This document shows positions 63,415-64,000 of a DNA stretch of 64,000 nucleotides, in pieces. The stretch is from an uncultured delta proteobacterium (GTDB lineage: Bacteria > Desulfobacterota > Desulfuromonadia > Geobacterales > DSM-12255), in contig CAWBBV010000011.1 in assembly GCA_963787125.1 (NCBI GenBank), positions 32,001 through 96,000 on the forward strand. The letters are read 5' to 3'. Both the position numbers and the translations under genes were made by a program. The notes beneath the pieces were generated by a model. The model searched no databases. It saw only the letters and a list, made by a program, of their open reading frames with translations, and was not told the DNA's origin. The first letter of the stretch is position 1. Each line of letters starts with the position of its first letter.

Positions 63415-64000
63415 ATGACCTATAGTGAAATATTGACACATATCTTCAGCCGCGGCCGTTTCGGCATTAAACCGGGGCTTGAACGGGTGACCGAAATCCT
63501 CGTCAGGCTCGGCAATCCTCACCTGAAACTGAAGGTTGTGCAGATTGCCGGCACCAACGGCAAAGGGTCGACCGGAGCTTTTCTCTCGGCTATTATGACT
63601 GCTGCCGGCTGCCGGACAGCTTTTTTCTCCTCACCCCATCTGTCGAACTTTTCCGAAAGATTCCGTATCAACGACAGTGAAGTTTCTGCCGGGCACCTTC
63701 ATGCAGCCGCTGAACGGGTGCTGACAATTGCTCCCTCTGAAGCCACTTTCTTTGAAATAGTTACTGCAATCGGTTATCTCCTCTTCGCAGAGGCAAAAGT
63801 TGACCTGGCAATCATGGAGGCTGGCATGGGCGGGCGGTTTGATGCAACCAACGTTGTGGAAAACATTCTGGCGATAATTACCCCCATAAGCCTTGACCAC
63901 TGCGCTTATCTTGGCAACACCCCTGGATTGATTGCGACTGAAAAAGCCGGGATCATCAATCAGGGAGCGCCGGTGATTATTGCAACCCAGGAACCTGAGG
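63415..64000 (+). CDS. folC: Folylpolyglutamate synthase/dihydrofolate synthase (partial, runs off the window)
   Basis: Manual translation: MTYSEIL...FGIKPGLERV...IAGTNGKGST...SPHL...EAGMGGRFDATN...LDH...EKAGII. Confidence 0.95.
   Translation, partial: MTYSEILTHIFSRGRFGIKPGLERVTEILVRLGNPHLKLKVVQIAGTNGKGSTGAFLSAIMTAAGCRTAFFSSPHLSNFSERFRINDSEVSAGHLHAAAERVLTIAPSEATFFEIVTAIGYLLFAEAKVDLAIMEAGMGGRFDATNVVENILAIITPISLDHCAYLGNTPGLIATEKAGIINQGAPVIIATQEPE

Overview
The window is from a Geobacteraceae/Desulfuromonadales-type deltaproteobacterium, inferred from a PpcA-family triheme cytochrome, a GEMM-I riboswitch and gene order. The first 31 kb carry housekeeping genes (argJ, secA, ptsP, nudC, htpG), an orphan type IV pilin and two dense two-component/CheBR signalling clusters. 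The rest is a trp-accD-folC cluster interrupted twice. A ~2.8 kb patch of toxin-antitoxin modules and gene remnants lies between trpE and trpG, and a ~20 kb block lies between trpB and trpA. That block is the most interesting part. A GEMM-I riboswitch with A at the position-20 equivalent (3',3'-cGAMP-type) precedes a five-gene operon: four DUF11/Ig-like proteins (one with a predicted outer-membrane beta-barrel) and an OmpA-domain protein. A lytic transglycosylase gene follows. The DUF11 domains appear split between proteins. Two proteins begin with the Asn-bearing last two strands of the domain, and three end with a domain lacking exactly those strands. This suggests a Gram-negative fibre/pilus built by donor-strand complementation and possibly locked by intermolecular isopeptide bonds. 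All assignments come from reading the sequence; no searches were run, and novelty could not be checked.
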